This document shows, one piece after another, positions 1 through 8,835 of a stretch of 64,000 nt of DNA. Under the pieces are notes generated by a model, which did no database searches, was not told the origin of the DNA, and saw only the letters and a list, made by a program, of their open reading frames with translations. The position numbers and the translations under genes are program-made. The stretch comes from an uncultured Candidatus Saccharibacteria bacterium (GTDB lineage: Bacteria > Patescibacteriota > Minisyncoccia > Phycocordibacterales > UBA1006), in assembly GCA_964415895.1 (NCBI GenBank), contig CAYQCC010000003.1:3053-67052 (forward strand), given 5' to 3'. The number at the start of each line of letters is the position of its first letter. Positions within the stretch are counted from its first letter, which is position 1.

Positions 1-49
1 TTCCATAATCAATTCCCATGTATTTCATGGGTTTACTATAGCATACGAA

Positions 50-90
50 ATACAAATGTGGGATTTGCTGCGCAAATCCCACATTTGTAT
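50..90. terminator. Palindromic hairpin 'acaaatgtgggatttgc-tgc-gcaaatcccacatttgt' followed by T-run; likely bidirectional terminator upstream of the tRNA
   Basis: Perfect ~17-bp inverted repeat read directly in sequence, flanked by A/T runs. Confidence 0.5.
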
Positions 91-151
91 TTCTGCTTGT
101 ATTTTCCAGACAATTTGATATAGTAGCCACGCATAACCTGCACCAATTCAC

Positions 152-236
152 GGAGGCGTGGATGAGTGGTTTAAATCAACAGTCTTGAAAACTGTCGACT
201 CGAAAGGGTCCGTGAGTTCGAATCTCACCGCCTCCG
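152..236 (+). tRNA. tRNA-Ser (anticodon TGA), class II with long variable arm
   Basis: Acceptor GGAGGCG/CGCCTCC; anticodon stem ACAGT/ACTGT with loop CTTGAAA (U33, anticodon UGA); long variable arm CGACTCGAAAGGGTCCG; T-arm GTGAG-TTCGAAT-CTCAC; discriminator G. Confidence 0.85.
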
Positions 237-1919
237 CATAGTGATACAAAACTCTTCGTTTTGATGATTTAACCCTTCGTATGTAAGGGTTTTTTCATTG
301 CCGAACCCCTCAAAATTGCTCTGTATCATTTTTATCCCAGAAAAGAATACTTCTATTGATTTTTTACTGTAAAATATGAGTTTTTCTTCATCCCATACTA
401 TGTTCGAACCCAGTGCAGTTAACACTCTTCTTTTTGCTTCATACGAACCGTTTTCAATTGTGTTTATTACTGATGATGCAACATCTGTTATTTCATCTAG
501 TTTTTTTACCCATTCAGTATTTACTGGCTTTGAATTATAAATATCGGAGTATTCAATATCTATCTCTGCCAAGAAATCATCTCGTTCTTCTTTTGTAAGT
601 GAGCCTTCAATAAATAATCTTGTGGCTCGTTTCTTTTTATCATCATACTGCTGTTTTCTTTTTTCAATATCTTCAATTTTTCGTAGACCATCTTTTACTT
701 CCTGTTCAGCTATTTCGTGAATATATTTCTTACCCCAATCAATGAAAGGGCTTGGAGTAGAGAGGTTGTCTTTTGCGTACTGAATAAATTCAGTATTTAC
801 TCTCTCTTCAGTCACAGAATGATATTCAAGTTTTTTCTTTTTCTTTCGGTTATCAAAATAATACTGTTGTATAAAATACTTAGGGTTTTCGAGTGTTGAA
901 ATTCGTTTGTTACATTTTGGACAGTGAGTTTTATCTCTATACGCAAATTTATGTTTGCAGTCGCACCATAGTTGTACTTTGATGTCCTGAGAAAGAGTGT
1001 ATCCTAGTGACGAATTAATAAAACCTGTATAGGTCATTTCGTGTTTTTGGTTTTTAGGCTTGTTTCTACCACCCAATATCTGCTCAATCTTGTTAAAATT
1101 GGTTTCGGTAATCATTCTTGGTAGGTTACTATCGAGCGTATGTCTCTCACCTTGAACATAAAAGAAACCTGCGATAACTGGATTATGGAGAAGTTTTCCA
1201 ATATATTCTCGAGTGACAAAATTTCCTCCTAAATTTTTATGTTTCGCTGTTGTAAGTTTTAATTCTTCAACGGCGTATTTATGAATTTTTGTAATGGAAT
1301 ATCTCCCTGAAAGAAATTCCTCTAAAAGTTTTTGGACTTTCCAAAAACGTTCATCATCCACATACCACCAACGTGTTCCTTTTTCTCCCTGTTTTGAATT
1401 TAGGTAACCAATAGTTGCAAGTCCTGAAGGTAGCCCCATTGTACGAGCCTTGTCTCGCTGTCCTCGTTTTACATCTCTACTGAGTGCTAGGGAATACTCT
1501 TTTGATGCACCAAATTTCTGTGCTATGACTGATACGTCGGAACTGTCATCCCAGACTTCAATGTTGTCATCACAAACAGTAATAATCATCAACTTGCCTT
1601 CACTCAAAAGGTCAATGAGAATACCTCCTTCGGTCATATTGCGAGCGATACGGTTCAAGTGCCACGCTAAAATACAGTTTATTTTTCCTGAAAAAATATC
1701 ACTCAACATTTGAGTAAACAGTGGTCGCTTGTGTGCATTTTTTGCAGAGCGAGCTTCTTGGTATTTTGATATTGCTGGAGTGAGAGTTTTATGTTTCTCT
1801 CTCACTTTGTTTATTGCGTCTTCTTGTCCCTCAAGTGATAGTACCTGTCTCTCTCCGTCTCGAGAAGATTTTCTCAAGTATTCAGCAATCTTTAAGTTTT
1901 TATTTTCTAGTTTTTCCAT
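225..1919 (-). CDS. Large serine recombinase (resolvase/integrase family, serine catalytic N-domain plus C-terminal recombinase/zinc-ribbon domain)
   Basis: N-terminal 'AEYLRKSSRDGERQVLSLEGQ' catalytic-serine motif; C-terminal Cys cluster 'CDCKHK...HCPKCNK'; 564 aa; stop lies ~12 nt inside the 3' end of tRNA-Ser. Confidence 0.8.
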   Translation of the reverse strand: MEKLENKNLKIAEYLRKSSRDGERQVLSLEGQEDAINKVREKHKTLTPAISKYQEARSAKNAHKRPLFTQMLSDIFSGKINCILAWHLNRIARNMTEGGILIDLLSEGKLMIITVCDDNIEVWDDSSDVSVIAQKFGASKEYSLALSRDVKRGQRDKARTMGLPSGLATIGYLNSKQGEKGTRWWYVDDERFWKVQKLLEEFLSGRYSITKIHKYAVEELKLTTAKHKNLGGNFVTREYIGKLLHNPVIAGFFYVQGERHTLDSNLPRMITETNFNKIEQILGGRNKPKNQKHEMTYTGFINSSLGYTLSQDIKVQLWCDCKHKFAYRDKTHCPKCNKRISTLENPKYFIQQYYFDNRKKKKKLEYHSVTEERVNTEFIQYAKDNLSTPSPFIDWGKKYIHEIAEQEVKDGLRKIEDIEKRKQQYDDKKKRATRLFIEGSLTKEERDDFLAEIDIEYSDIYNSKPVNTEWVKKLDEITDVASSVINTIENGSYEAKRRVLTALGSNIVWDEEKLIFYSKKSIEVFFSGIKMIQSNFEGFGNEKTLTYEGLNHQNEEFCITMRRR

Positions 1920-2459
1920 ATAAATTAAACAAAAATGAGGTAACGACTTGGTTTCTTTTAGTTGCTACACCAGAGAAAAAGTCATTACCTCGTTTTTATT
2001 TACAAAAACATTTTTTAATAAGTCTCAAATACGATGTTCTTGTAATTCTCTGATGTAGCACTGCTAATATAGCATTTTTCTTTATCCTTTCCAAAGGGAG
2101 GCTAAAAGCCTGTGTTTACCAGTCTTTTTACCCAACTACTCGATGATTATTTTCGTTCTCATCTGATAACGTAGAAACAATAGTTTCCCTATTCAACATC
2201 ACTGTAACCGTGACGTCACTCTTGCCCCTGTCGGTAGCTTAGCGTCGGGTAGGATTATCATTTTACGCTGTTCCTATTTACCCCGCTTTGTTCTTTATCC
2301 CCACCAACTAGGGTTCCTGCCCTAGCCATCAGCTATAAAGTCTTCACATTTAACGGCATCCAAGGGGTGGCTGTGAAGTTCGCCTACCATTTCCCCTCAG
2401 CAAATCGAGCTAATACTAGCTCTGAAATAAACACACTATGTTCATTTCAGAACAAACAT

Positions 2460-2623
2460 TTAAGCTTCTAAAACACGAATTTTTAAGTCTTCTACCATAG
2501 GAACAATAATTGAAAGTCCAATTTCATTTATCTCCTCATCTGTTAATGCTCCATCAAAGTCCTCACCGAAAGTTTTTCGGAGAGCAATTCGTAAATCTTC
2601 AATTGCTTTCTTTGATAAATGCA
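2460..2623 (-). CDS. Small hypothetical protein (54 aa; MHLSKKAIEDLRIALRKTFGEDFDGALTDEEINEIGLSIIVPMVEDLKIRVLEA)
   Basis: Hand-translated uninterrupted frame below the ORF-track cutoff; protein-like composition; no recognisable family. Confidence 0.3.
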
Positions 2624-2706
2624 TAAATAAAAACACAACGTAGTGTTGTGCTTTTATAGTAAACCCATATCGTTATTGTTTATTAAACTAAATCTGGGAC
2701 CCACAT

Positions 2707-3477
2707 TTAGTATTTTTTATCAATTTCTTTTTTTATTTTAACAATATGCTGTTTATCAATATGGATTTTATGTTTTCCTAATTCTTTGGATATTTCAACA
2801 AGTGTTTTTCCTTGAGATTTTGAAATAACTTCTTTAATTTTTGAGGTTTTTGGATTATTTTTTACCTTTTTATTCTTATATAAATTTGTCGTTATGTGTT
2901 GTCTCAAAAGTGGCTTTATGTCACTTTCAAAGTGTTTATCGATAAAGTTAATTAAGTCATTTTTGGTTATTTCTGGGTGTAATAAAATACCAACTGGCTT
3001 TTCGTTAAATAGGTCCTTAGGTGTTCCTATACTTTCTTCAAACCATTCAAAATCAACCACTTCCTGTAATCCATACCTATTGTAAAATTCTGTAATCTTC
3101 TCGCTCCAATCAAAAGATATCTGATTAAAAAATAGGTAGTAAGCAACGATACTTGGTGTAAAAATTGTTATAGGTTCAATGTGTCCTTTGAGTATATTTT
3201 CTTGTATCTCTTGTCTTATTTTTTGTGCTAAGTTGTTGTTTGTTTTCTTATCTTTAGTAAGCAGTTGAGTGGGAAGAAAAAGAAGGTGTTCTTCTTCGGA
3301 CAGGATAATATATTCATCTTCAGTTATTTCAAAACCATCTTCGGGGATATGGTATTTCTGTCTCATTTCCATAATTTTGTTCACAAAAAATGGTGAGTAC
3401 ATAAAATCCTCTAGTACTTTCAAAACTTTTTTAGTTGTTTGAGGGAGCTCCTTTTTCTTTGGTGTAGCATTTTTCAT
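2707..3477 (-). CDS. Hypothetical protein, 256 aa (island cargo; C-terminal basic/HTH-like segment)
   Basis: Long ORF with coding-like composition; no motif recognised. Confidence 0.5.
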   Translation of the reverse strand: MKNATPKKKELPQTTKKVLKVLEDFMYSPFFVNKIMEMRQKYHIPEDGFEITEDEYIILSEEEHLLFLPTQLLTKDKKTNNNLAQKIRQEIQENILKGHIEPITIFTPSIVAYYLFFNQISFDWSEKITEFYNRYGLQEVVDFEWFEESIGTPKDLFNEKPVGILLHPEITKNDLINFIDKHFESDIKPLLRQHITTNLYKNKKVKNNPKTSKIKEVISKSQGKTLVEISKELGKHKIHIDKQHIVKIKKEIDKKY

Positions 3478-3720
3478 ACCCCTATAATAGCATTTTTGTC
3501 TTTATTTTTGAAGAAAATTATGATACATTTATATTGCTCAACAAACAAATTTAGTGCATTTCCTGCGAAGGCAGTTTTTGTCGTTGCTCGTCCACGGTAT
3601 TGGCATTCCAATATGAGGAAGATGAGCAATGGCAGAAATGCTTTGTTTGTTGAGCACCTCATTAATTGGGGTGCCAATACTTTGTATTAAGAAGACAAGG
3701 TTTGCACCCATTGCAACCTT

Positions 3721-4368
3721 ATGAAATATATTTATATATTCTTAATCGCAGTATTGGCAAATCTCACTTTTCAAACAAACGCCTTTGCGTATGATTACTA
3801 TTCCGACAACGGAATGAACTACAGCGATGAACAGTTCAAAAGAGATATGAAATCATATATTGATGAACAAATGACCAGACAAGAAAATCAAGAATTACTA
3901 GACCGTATTCGCTCGAAAGGCAATGGTCACACTGATACCGATATTCAGATACTTCAAGAAAAGTTTAACCAACAACAAAAAGACAATCAGATGACATTAG
4001 ACCAAATGAAGCAGATGGTTGATAGTGTAAATGCAGATACGGCTAAATTACTACAAGAAAAAGAAACGTATCAAAATACTCGCACTTTTTGTTTATCATT
4101 AGCAGAAAAATATGCTGTATCTGGAGCTACGAGTGACCTTGTGACAAATTGTAGAAAATACAATGTTGAAATACCGCTAGAGAAAAAAGTTACGACCGTT
4201 GCAGGAAAAGAAAGTGTAAAAGAGGAACCAAGAGAACAAACACTTGATGAAATTCTTGCCAGTCCAAGTAGTTCAACAACGCCTATAGCTCAAGAGGTGT
4301 CACAAAAGCAATCATTCTTTAAGCGTGCAGTTTCTCATATTAAGGGCTGGTTTTCTTGGTTACGTTAA
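3721..4368 (+). CDS. Secreted coiled-coil protein (signal peptide MKYIYIFLIAVLANLTFQTNAFA)
   Basis: N-terminal hydrophobic signal with AFA cleavage-like site; Q/E/K-rich body. Confidence 0.55.
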   Translation: MKYIYIFLIAVLANLTFQTNAFAYDYYSDNGMNYSDEQFKRDMKSYIDEQMTRQENQELLDRIRSKGNGHTDTDIQILQEKFNQQQKDNQMTLDQMKQMVDSVNADTAKLLQEKETYQNTRTFCLSLAEKYAVSGATSDLVTNCRKYNVEIPLEKKVTTVAGKESVKEEPREQTLDEILASPSSSTTPIAQEVSQKQSFFKRAVSHIKGWFSWLR

Positions 4369-4573
4369 GCTACTTTCTGCTCAGTGACCGAATACGATAT
4401 TTGCCCGAATTTGATGGTGTTTTGTTAAAATAAGTAATTGGTACATTTTAAGATGAAAAACCTTATGAAGAGGCAAATAAGTGGCTTCTAGGTGGGTATC
4501 ATATTATAGGCTTACTGTCTAAAACTTATTATACCTGTCTTGGTTAATCTTCCTTATTTTTTTGTACGCATCC

Positions 4574-4597
4574 TGTCTAATCCTGTGGAGTTTTTGG
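4574..4597. repeat. Left boundary repeat 'tgtctaatcctgtggagtttttgg' (related to 12501..12524). Further 'GTCTAATCTT' copies at 4666..4678 and 4699..4710, and a tandem 'CCCTTGGGTT' x3 at 4632..4667
   Basis: Direct sequence comparison: 13-mer gtctaatcttacg identical at 4666..4678 and 12502..12514; flanking ggagtttttg shared. Confidence 0.6.
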
Positions 4598-4740
4598 TAC
4601 TATATTTATATTATCTATTCTTATCTCTTCTACCCTTGGGTTCCCCTTGGATTTCCCTTGGGTCTAGTATCTCTGGTCTAATCTTACGCAAAGTATCTGT
4701 ATTTTCAGGTCTAATCTTGCATAGATTTTATATAGACTTT

Positions 4741-6018
4741 CTAGTCTAAGACTGTTTTAAGAGTTTCTACTACCTGTAAATTTTCTCTTAGTGCCTTCTT
4801 TACTTCAGCCTCTAATACGTCTTTCCCTTTGTGGATAACCTTATTTCTAACATCTTTATACGAAGAACACCAGTTAGTCCACAACGACTGGTTTTTATTT
4901 TCTAAGGTAAATCCAGTAACTTCTCTTAAAACTTCTTTTAATCTTGTTTTTGTTTTCCAGTTATCGTCTTTAGATATAAAATCTATAGCCTCTTGCTCAG
5001 TTAAACCTTTATTCTTTTGCAGTTTATCAACAAGAAAGTTTTCAATAAAAATCTCAAGACCTTGATAGGATTGAACAACTGCTAATGCGTAGTTTTTATG
5101 ATTAAAGGAGTTTTCAGCATCCAGCAAAAGTAAGTTATACAGGTCTGGCTTTTGACCCTCTTCAAGCATTTTTTCTATTGCCTCAATTTCAACTTTTGAG
5201 CGATTTATAGTTGCCGTTTCTACATTCATTGGAAGAAGATATAAGCCTTGATTTAGTTCAGTGAAATAAATCATATTTATACTTAGCGTACCCAATCTTG
5301 TTATGTATTCTTGCTTAGTGGTAAATCGATAACTATCAATAAGTTTATTTACCGCATCAAGGGCTTTTTCATTGACCGTGTCTATAACTTTTTCTGATAG
5401 CTCTTTATTCTCGAGGTCTTCTTTTTTGACTTCTAAGTTGAACTGAATATATAAGCGAGTAAATCTGAAAATACCGTTTGTGTCCTTAATTTTTTGAAGG
5501 TTGATGCCTGTGTAATTTTGTTCCCAGCCATCACTAGGGTCAATTGGCATTTTAGGAGTAAGGAATTCACTGTCTTTTAAGTATGTAATTCTATCATCTG
5601 CGTAGAAATCAACTTCATCGGACGGTTTTCCGTCTGAAATAGCTTTTTTTGTCCAAATCTTTTGAGGTGTTAAAAGAGCAGCATCATCAGGGGTGTGTAA
5701 TAAGACTTCAAGGTCATAATTGTTTGGTATATGTAGACAGTAAGGTAGATGAGCTTCAACAAATACATTTCCGTAATCGAAATCTTTCATTGCATTTCTG
5801 CCATTAAAACTAAAAAAAGATTGTGCTACAAAAATACCACTTCCTCCTGTTGGGGATGTTTTTGTGATTTCAGTAAGCAATACAGATTTTGCATCATCTT
5901 CATTTAATTGTTTAAAGCTTTCATCTAATAAAGCATTAAAATTAATGAACTCGCCAGTTAAGCCTGATTTTGCTTGCATATTAATATGGACCACTTTTCG
6001 TTTGTATGGGTCTGACAT
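4741..6018 (-). CDS. Hypothetical 425-aa protein with C-terminal Rx4H (HEPN-like) motif 'VRNKVIHKG'; candidate abortive-infection/defence protein divergent from hsdM
   Basis: ORF track; R-x4-H motif ~40 aa from the C-terminus; position directly upstream of a Type I R-M operon. Confidence 0.45.
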   Translation of the reverse strand: MSDPYKRKVVHINMQAKSGLTGEFINFNALLDESFKQLNEDDAKSVLLTEITKTSPTGGSGIFVAQSFFSFNGRNAMKDFDYGNVFVEAHLPYCLHIPNNYDLEVLLHTPDDAALLTPQKIWTKKAISDGKPSDEVDFYADDRITYLKDSEFLTPKMPIDPSDGWEQNYTGINLQKIKDTNGIFRFTRLYIQFNLEVKKEDLENKELSEKVIDTVNEKALDAVNKLIDSYRFTTKQEYITRLGTLSINMIYFTELNQGLYLLPMNVETATINRSKVEIEAIEKMLEEGQKPDLYNLLLLDAENSFNHKNYALAVVQSYQGLEIFIENFLVDKLQKNKGLTEQEAIDFISKDDNWKTKTRLKEVLREVTGFTLENKNQSLWTNWCSSYKDVRNKVIHKGKDVLEAEVKKALRENLQVVETLKTVLD

Positions 6019-6136
6019 AATTCATTCATTATATCATTTTTAGGCTAATTTGTAGTGCTATGCAAAATTATTTAGCAAGCTATAAAACCATTATTTTCTA
6101 GTAAAATGATGGTTTTTATGGTAAAATAATACTATT

Positions 6137-7594
6137 ATGTTCGAACAAACTTTTAAAAATATCGATGATATTTTACATAAAGATGCAGGCTGTGGAAGTG
6201 AGCTTGATTATGTAGAGCAAACCTCTTGGGTGTTGTTTTTGAAGTATCTTGATGATTTAGAAGAGGACCGAAAAACCGCATCAGAACTTGATGGAAAAAA
6301 GTATCTTCCTCTCATTAAACCTGAATACAAGTGGAGTGTTTGGGCAACACCAAAACGTAGCGACGGCAAGGTGGACCATAACGCAATGACAGGCGATGAT
6401 TTGTTGGATTTTGTAAACGTTAAACTCTTCCCTTATCTTAAGGGATTTAAAAAATCTGCTGAAAATGCTGATACCTTGGAATATAAAATCGGAGAAATCT
6501 TTAGTGAAATCAAAAACAGAATACAATCAGGATATAATCTACGTGAAGTAATCAATCTGATTGATACGCTACGTTTTCGTTCTGATAGCGAAAAGCACGA
6601 GATGAGCCACCTCTATGAGGCTAAAATTCAAAATATGGGTAACGCAGGGCGTAATGGTGGTGAATACTATACACCTCGTCCACTCATTACTACTATCGTG
6701 CGTGTTGTTGGTCCAAAAATTGGTGACAAGATTTATGACGGAGCAGTAGGAAGTGCAGGCTTTTTGTGTGAAGCATTTGAGTATCTAAAAAATAGCAAAA
6801 GCCTGACTACAAAAGATACCGAGATTTTACAAAAGCAAACATTCTATGGGAAAGAGAAAAAGTCTCTCGCATATATCATTGGTATTATGAATATGATTTT
6901 GCACGGTATTGAAGCGCCAAACATTATCCATACCAATACACTTGCAGAAAATCTTGCAGATATTCAAGAAAAGGACCGTTACGATGTGGTTCTTGCAAAC
7001 CCTCCTTTTGGTGGAAAAGAACGCGCAGAGGTCCAACAAAACTTTCCCATAAAAACAAGCGAGACAGCATCGCTTTTCTTGCAACATTTTATCAAGATTT
7101 TACGTGCTGGTGGACGTGCGGGTATTGTCATTAAAAATACATTTCTTAGTAACACTGACAATGCCAGCATTGCGCTTCGTAAGCAACTCCTCGAAAACTG
7201 TAACCTTCACACGGTACTTGATTTGCCAGGTGGGACCTTTACGGGTGCTGGTGTTAAAACAGTTGTGTTATTTTTCCAAAAAGGAACCCCTACACGCAAG
7301 GTGTGGTTTTATCAATTAAATCTCGACCGTAATTTAGGAAAAACTAATCCATTAAGTGAAAAGGATTTGGCTGAATTTGTAACACTACAAAAAACCTTTG
7401 CTGACAGTGATAATTCGTGGAATGTTGATGTTTCTACTATCGACCAAAATACTTTTGATTTGAGTGTAAAAAACCCTCATAAAAAGGAAGAGAAAGGATT
7501 TCGTGAACCAAAAGAGATTTTGAAAGAAATTGAAATACTTGATAAGCAAAGTAAAGATATAGTCGGGGGTATTCTGAAGTTAATCAATCCTTAA
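6137..7594 (+). CDS. hsdM: Type I restriction-modification system, DNA methyltransferase subunit M (N6-adenine)
   Basis: NPPF(G) motif IV 'VLANPPFGG'; SAM-binding 'DGAVGSAGFL'; N-terminal HsdM_N-like region; 485 aa. Confidence 0.9.
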   Translation: MFEQTFKNIDDILHKDAGCGSELDYVEQTSWVLFLKYLDDLEEDRKTASELDGKKYLPLIKPEYKWSVWATPKRSDGKVDHNAMTGDDLLDFVNVKLFPYLKGFKKSAENADTLEYKIGEIFSEIKNRIQSGYNLREVINLIDTLRFRSDSEKHEMSHLYEAKIQNMGNAGRNGGEYYTPRPLITTIVRVVGPKIGDKIYDGAVGSAGFLCEAFEYLKNSKSLTTKDTEILQKQTFYGKEKKSLAYIIGIMNMILHGIEAPNIIHTNTLAENLADIQEKDRYDVVLANPPFGGKERAEVQQNFPIKTSETASLFLQHFIKILRAGGRAGIVIKNTFLSNTDNASIALRKQLLENCNLHTVLDLPGGTFTGAGVKTVVLFFQKGTPTRKVWFYQLNLDRNLGKTNPLSEKDLAEFVTLQKTFADSDNSWNVDVSTIDQNTFDLSVKNPHKKEEKGFREPKEILKEIEILDKQSKDIVGGILKLINP

Positions 7595-7599
7595 GATAT

Positions 7600-8832
7600 A
7601 TGCTTACAAATACCACAACAAATACATTTAACTTATCGCAAGATAACATTGAAGATATTGCAATTAATACTTCAAATGACGGAGAAACCTGCTATATTTC
7701 GAGAGCAGACAACAGAACCATATTTTATGGTGATTTTATTATTTACGATGGACCAAAAGTAAAAAAGTGTTGTAGTGTTACCTTTCAAAAAAGTAGCAAG
7801 ACGACAAAGTTTATACCTAGATTGGTTTTTTATAAAATCAACCAAGAAGGTAATATCGTAGACACGAATAGTCAGAAAGTAAACATTGAATTTAATCAAT
7901 CAGAAACAGGGCTATTTGAGTTTTGGAAGCTAATCTCATTCCTTAAGGGGTATAAAGACTTGATTGATGTCGGTGACTTTGATGAAAAGTATAAAGTTAT
8001 TGATAATTCTTTGTACATTGCAGAATTTAAAAATAAACAAGAATTTGATAAGGTACAAGAATTAAAAAAGCTAGATATTGATGAGGATACTCTTAAATCA
8101 TATTTAGCAGATAAACGAAAAGATGATTTAGTTTTATTTGCACAACTTTTAGCCGATAATAAGGCTAGAGAAGATTATCGAACTCAATACAATGTTACAA
8201 AGCAAGGAGATGAGGCAATATGGCATCATTTCTTAAAAAATAGAACTTGGATATTGGGCTTAAATACAGAACTTAAGTTTATTCAGGACTTTGCCGATGA
8301 GGTCCACGTTGGTAATCCTGATACAACAAACAAAGGAAATCCAACCACTGATTTAATGGGTATTTCAGACTATACCACCCTTGTTGAGCTAAAAACCTCT
8401 GAAACTAAGTTCTTTACAGAAACTAAAACATCAAATTCTCGAGCTGGTACTTGGTCTTTTTCCGCAGAGTTTATTGAGGGTATAAGTCAATGCTTATCTC
8501 AAAAAAATAGTTGGGATAAAAATCAGGGTTCTAAGCAATTAGTTGTTGATGGAAGCGTTAAAGACCAAAACGTTTATAGAACTACTGACCCAAACACTGT
8601 ATTTATTATCGGAAACAAAGAAAAAGAATTACCCAAAAACCAAACAACTCCAGATATTCTCGTAAAAAGAGATACACTTGAAAGATTTCGTCGAAATAGT
8701 CGAAATGTTGTTATCATTTCATATGATGAGCTTTACCAAAAGGCTTATTATATAGTTCACCATACAACTGCTCCAGATTTGGTGTACGATAATGAAAAAT
8801 TATCAGAAGACACTAATAGTATCCCATTTTAA
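7600..8832 (+). CDS. Uncharacterised 410-aa protein embedded between hsdM and hsdS; C-terminal PD-(D/E)xK-like motif (D...ELK); candidate R-M-embedded defence nuclease (DUF4263/Shedu-like?)
   Basis: 5-nt and 3-nt gaps to hsdM and hsdS indicate co-transcription; motif 'GISDYTTLVELKTSE'; no M/S/R-subunit motifs. Confidence 0.5.
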   Translation: MLTNTTTNTFNLSQDNIEDIAINTSNDGETCYISRADNRTIFYGDFIIYDGPKVKKCCSVTFQKSSKTTKFIPRLVFYKINQEGNIVDTNSQKVNIEFNQSETGLFEFWKLISFLKGYKDLIDVGDFDEKYKVIDNSLYIAEFKNKQEFDKVQELKKLDIDEDTLKSYLADKRKDDLVLFAQLLADNKAREDYRTQYNVTKQGDEAIWHHFLKNRTWILGLNTELKFIQDFADEVHVGNPDTTNKGNPTTDLMGISDYTTLVELKTSETKFFTETKTSNSRAGTWSFSAEFIEGISQCLSQKNSWDKNQGSKQLVVDGSVKDQNVYRTTDPNTVFIIGNKEKELPKNQTTPDILVKRDTLERFRRNSRNVVIISYDELYQKAYYIVHHTTAPDLVYDNEKLSEDTNSIPF

Positions 8833-8835
8833 TTT

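Noticed and set aside
298-306. 9-mer 'ttgccgaac' shared between the tRNA-Ser 3' flank and the 33-bp repeats at 12800..12832, considered as a possible island att core
   Set aside because: A single 9-mer match is expected by chance at about 0.5 per window, and there is no extended similarity.
2050-2460. RNase P RNA, tmRNA or SRP RNA identity for the GC-rich block
   Set aside because: The conserved P4 ('AGTCCGGGC'/'CCCGGCTTA'), tmRNA tag/tRNA-like and SRP 'GGAAGCAGCC' signatures could not be found on either strand. It is kept only as an unexplained structured region.
4540-4749. 69-aa ORF across the left repeat region
   Set aside because: It lies on tandem repeats (CCCTTGG x3, GTCTAATC x3). Its repetitive low-complexity translation is better explained as a non-coding repeat region.
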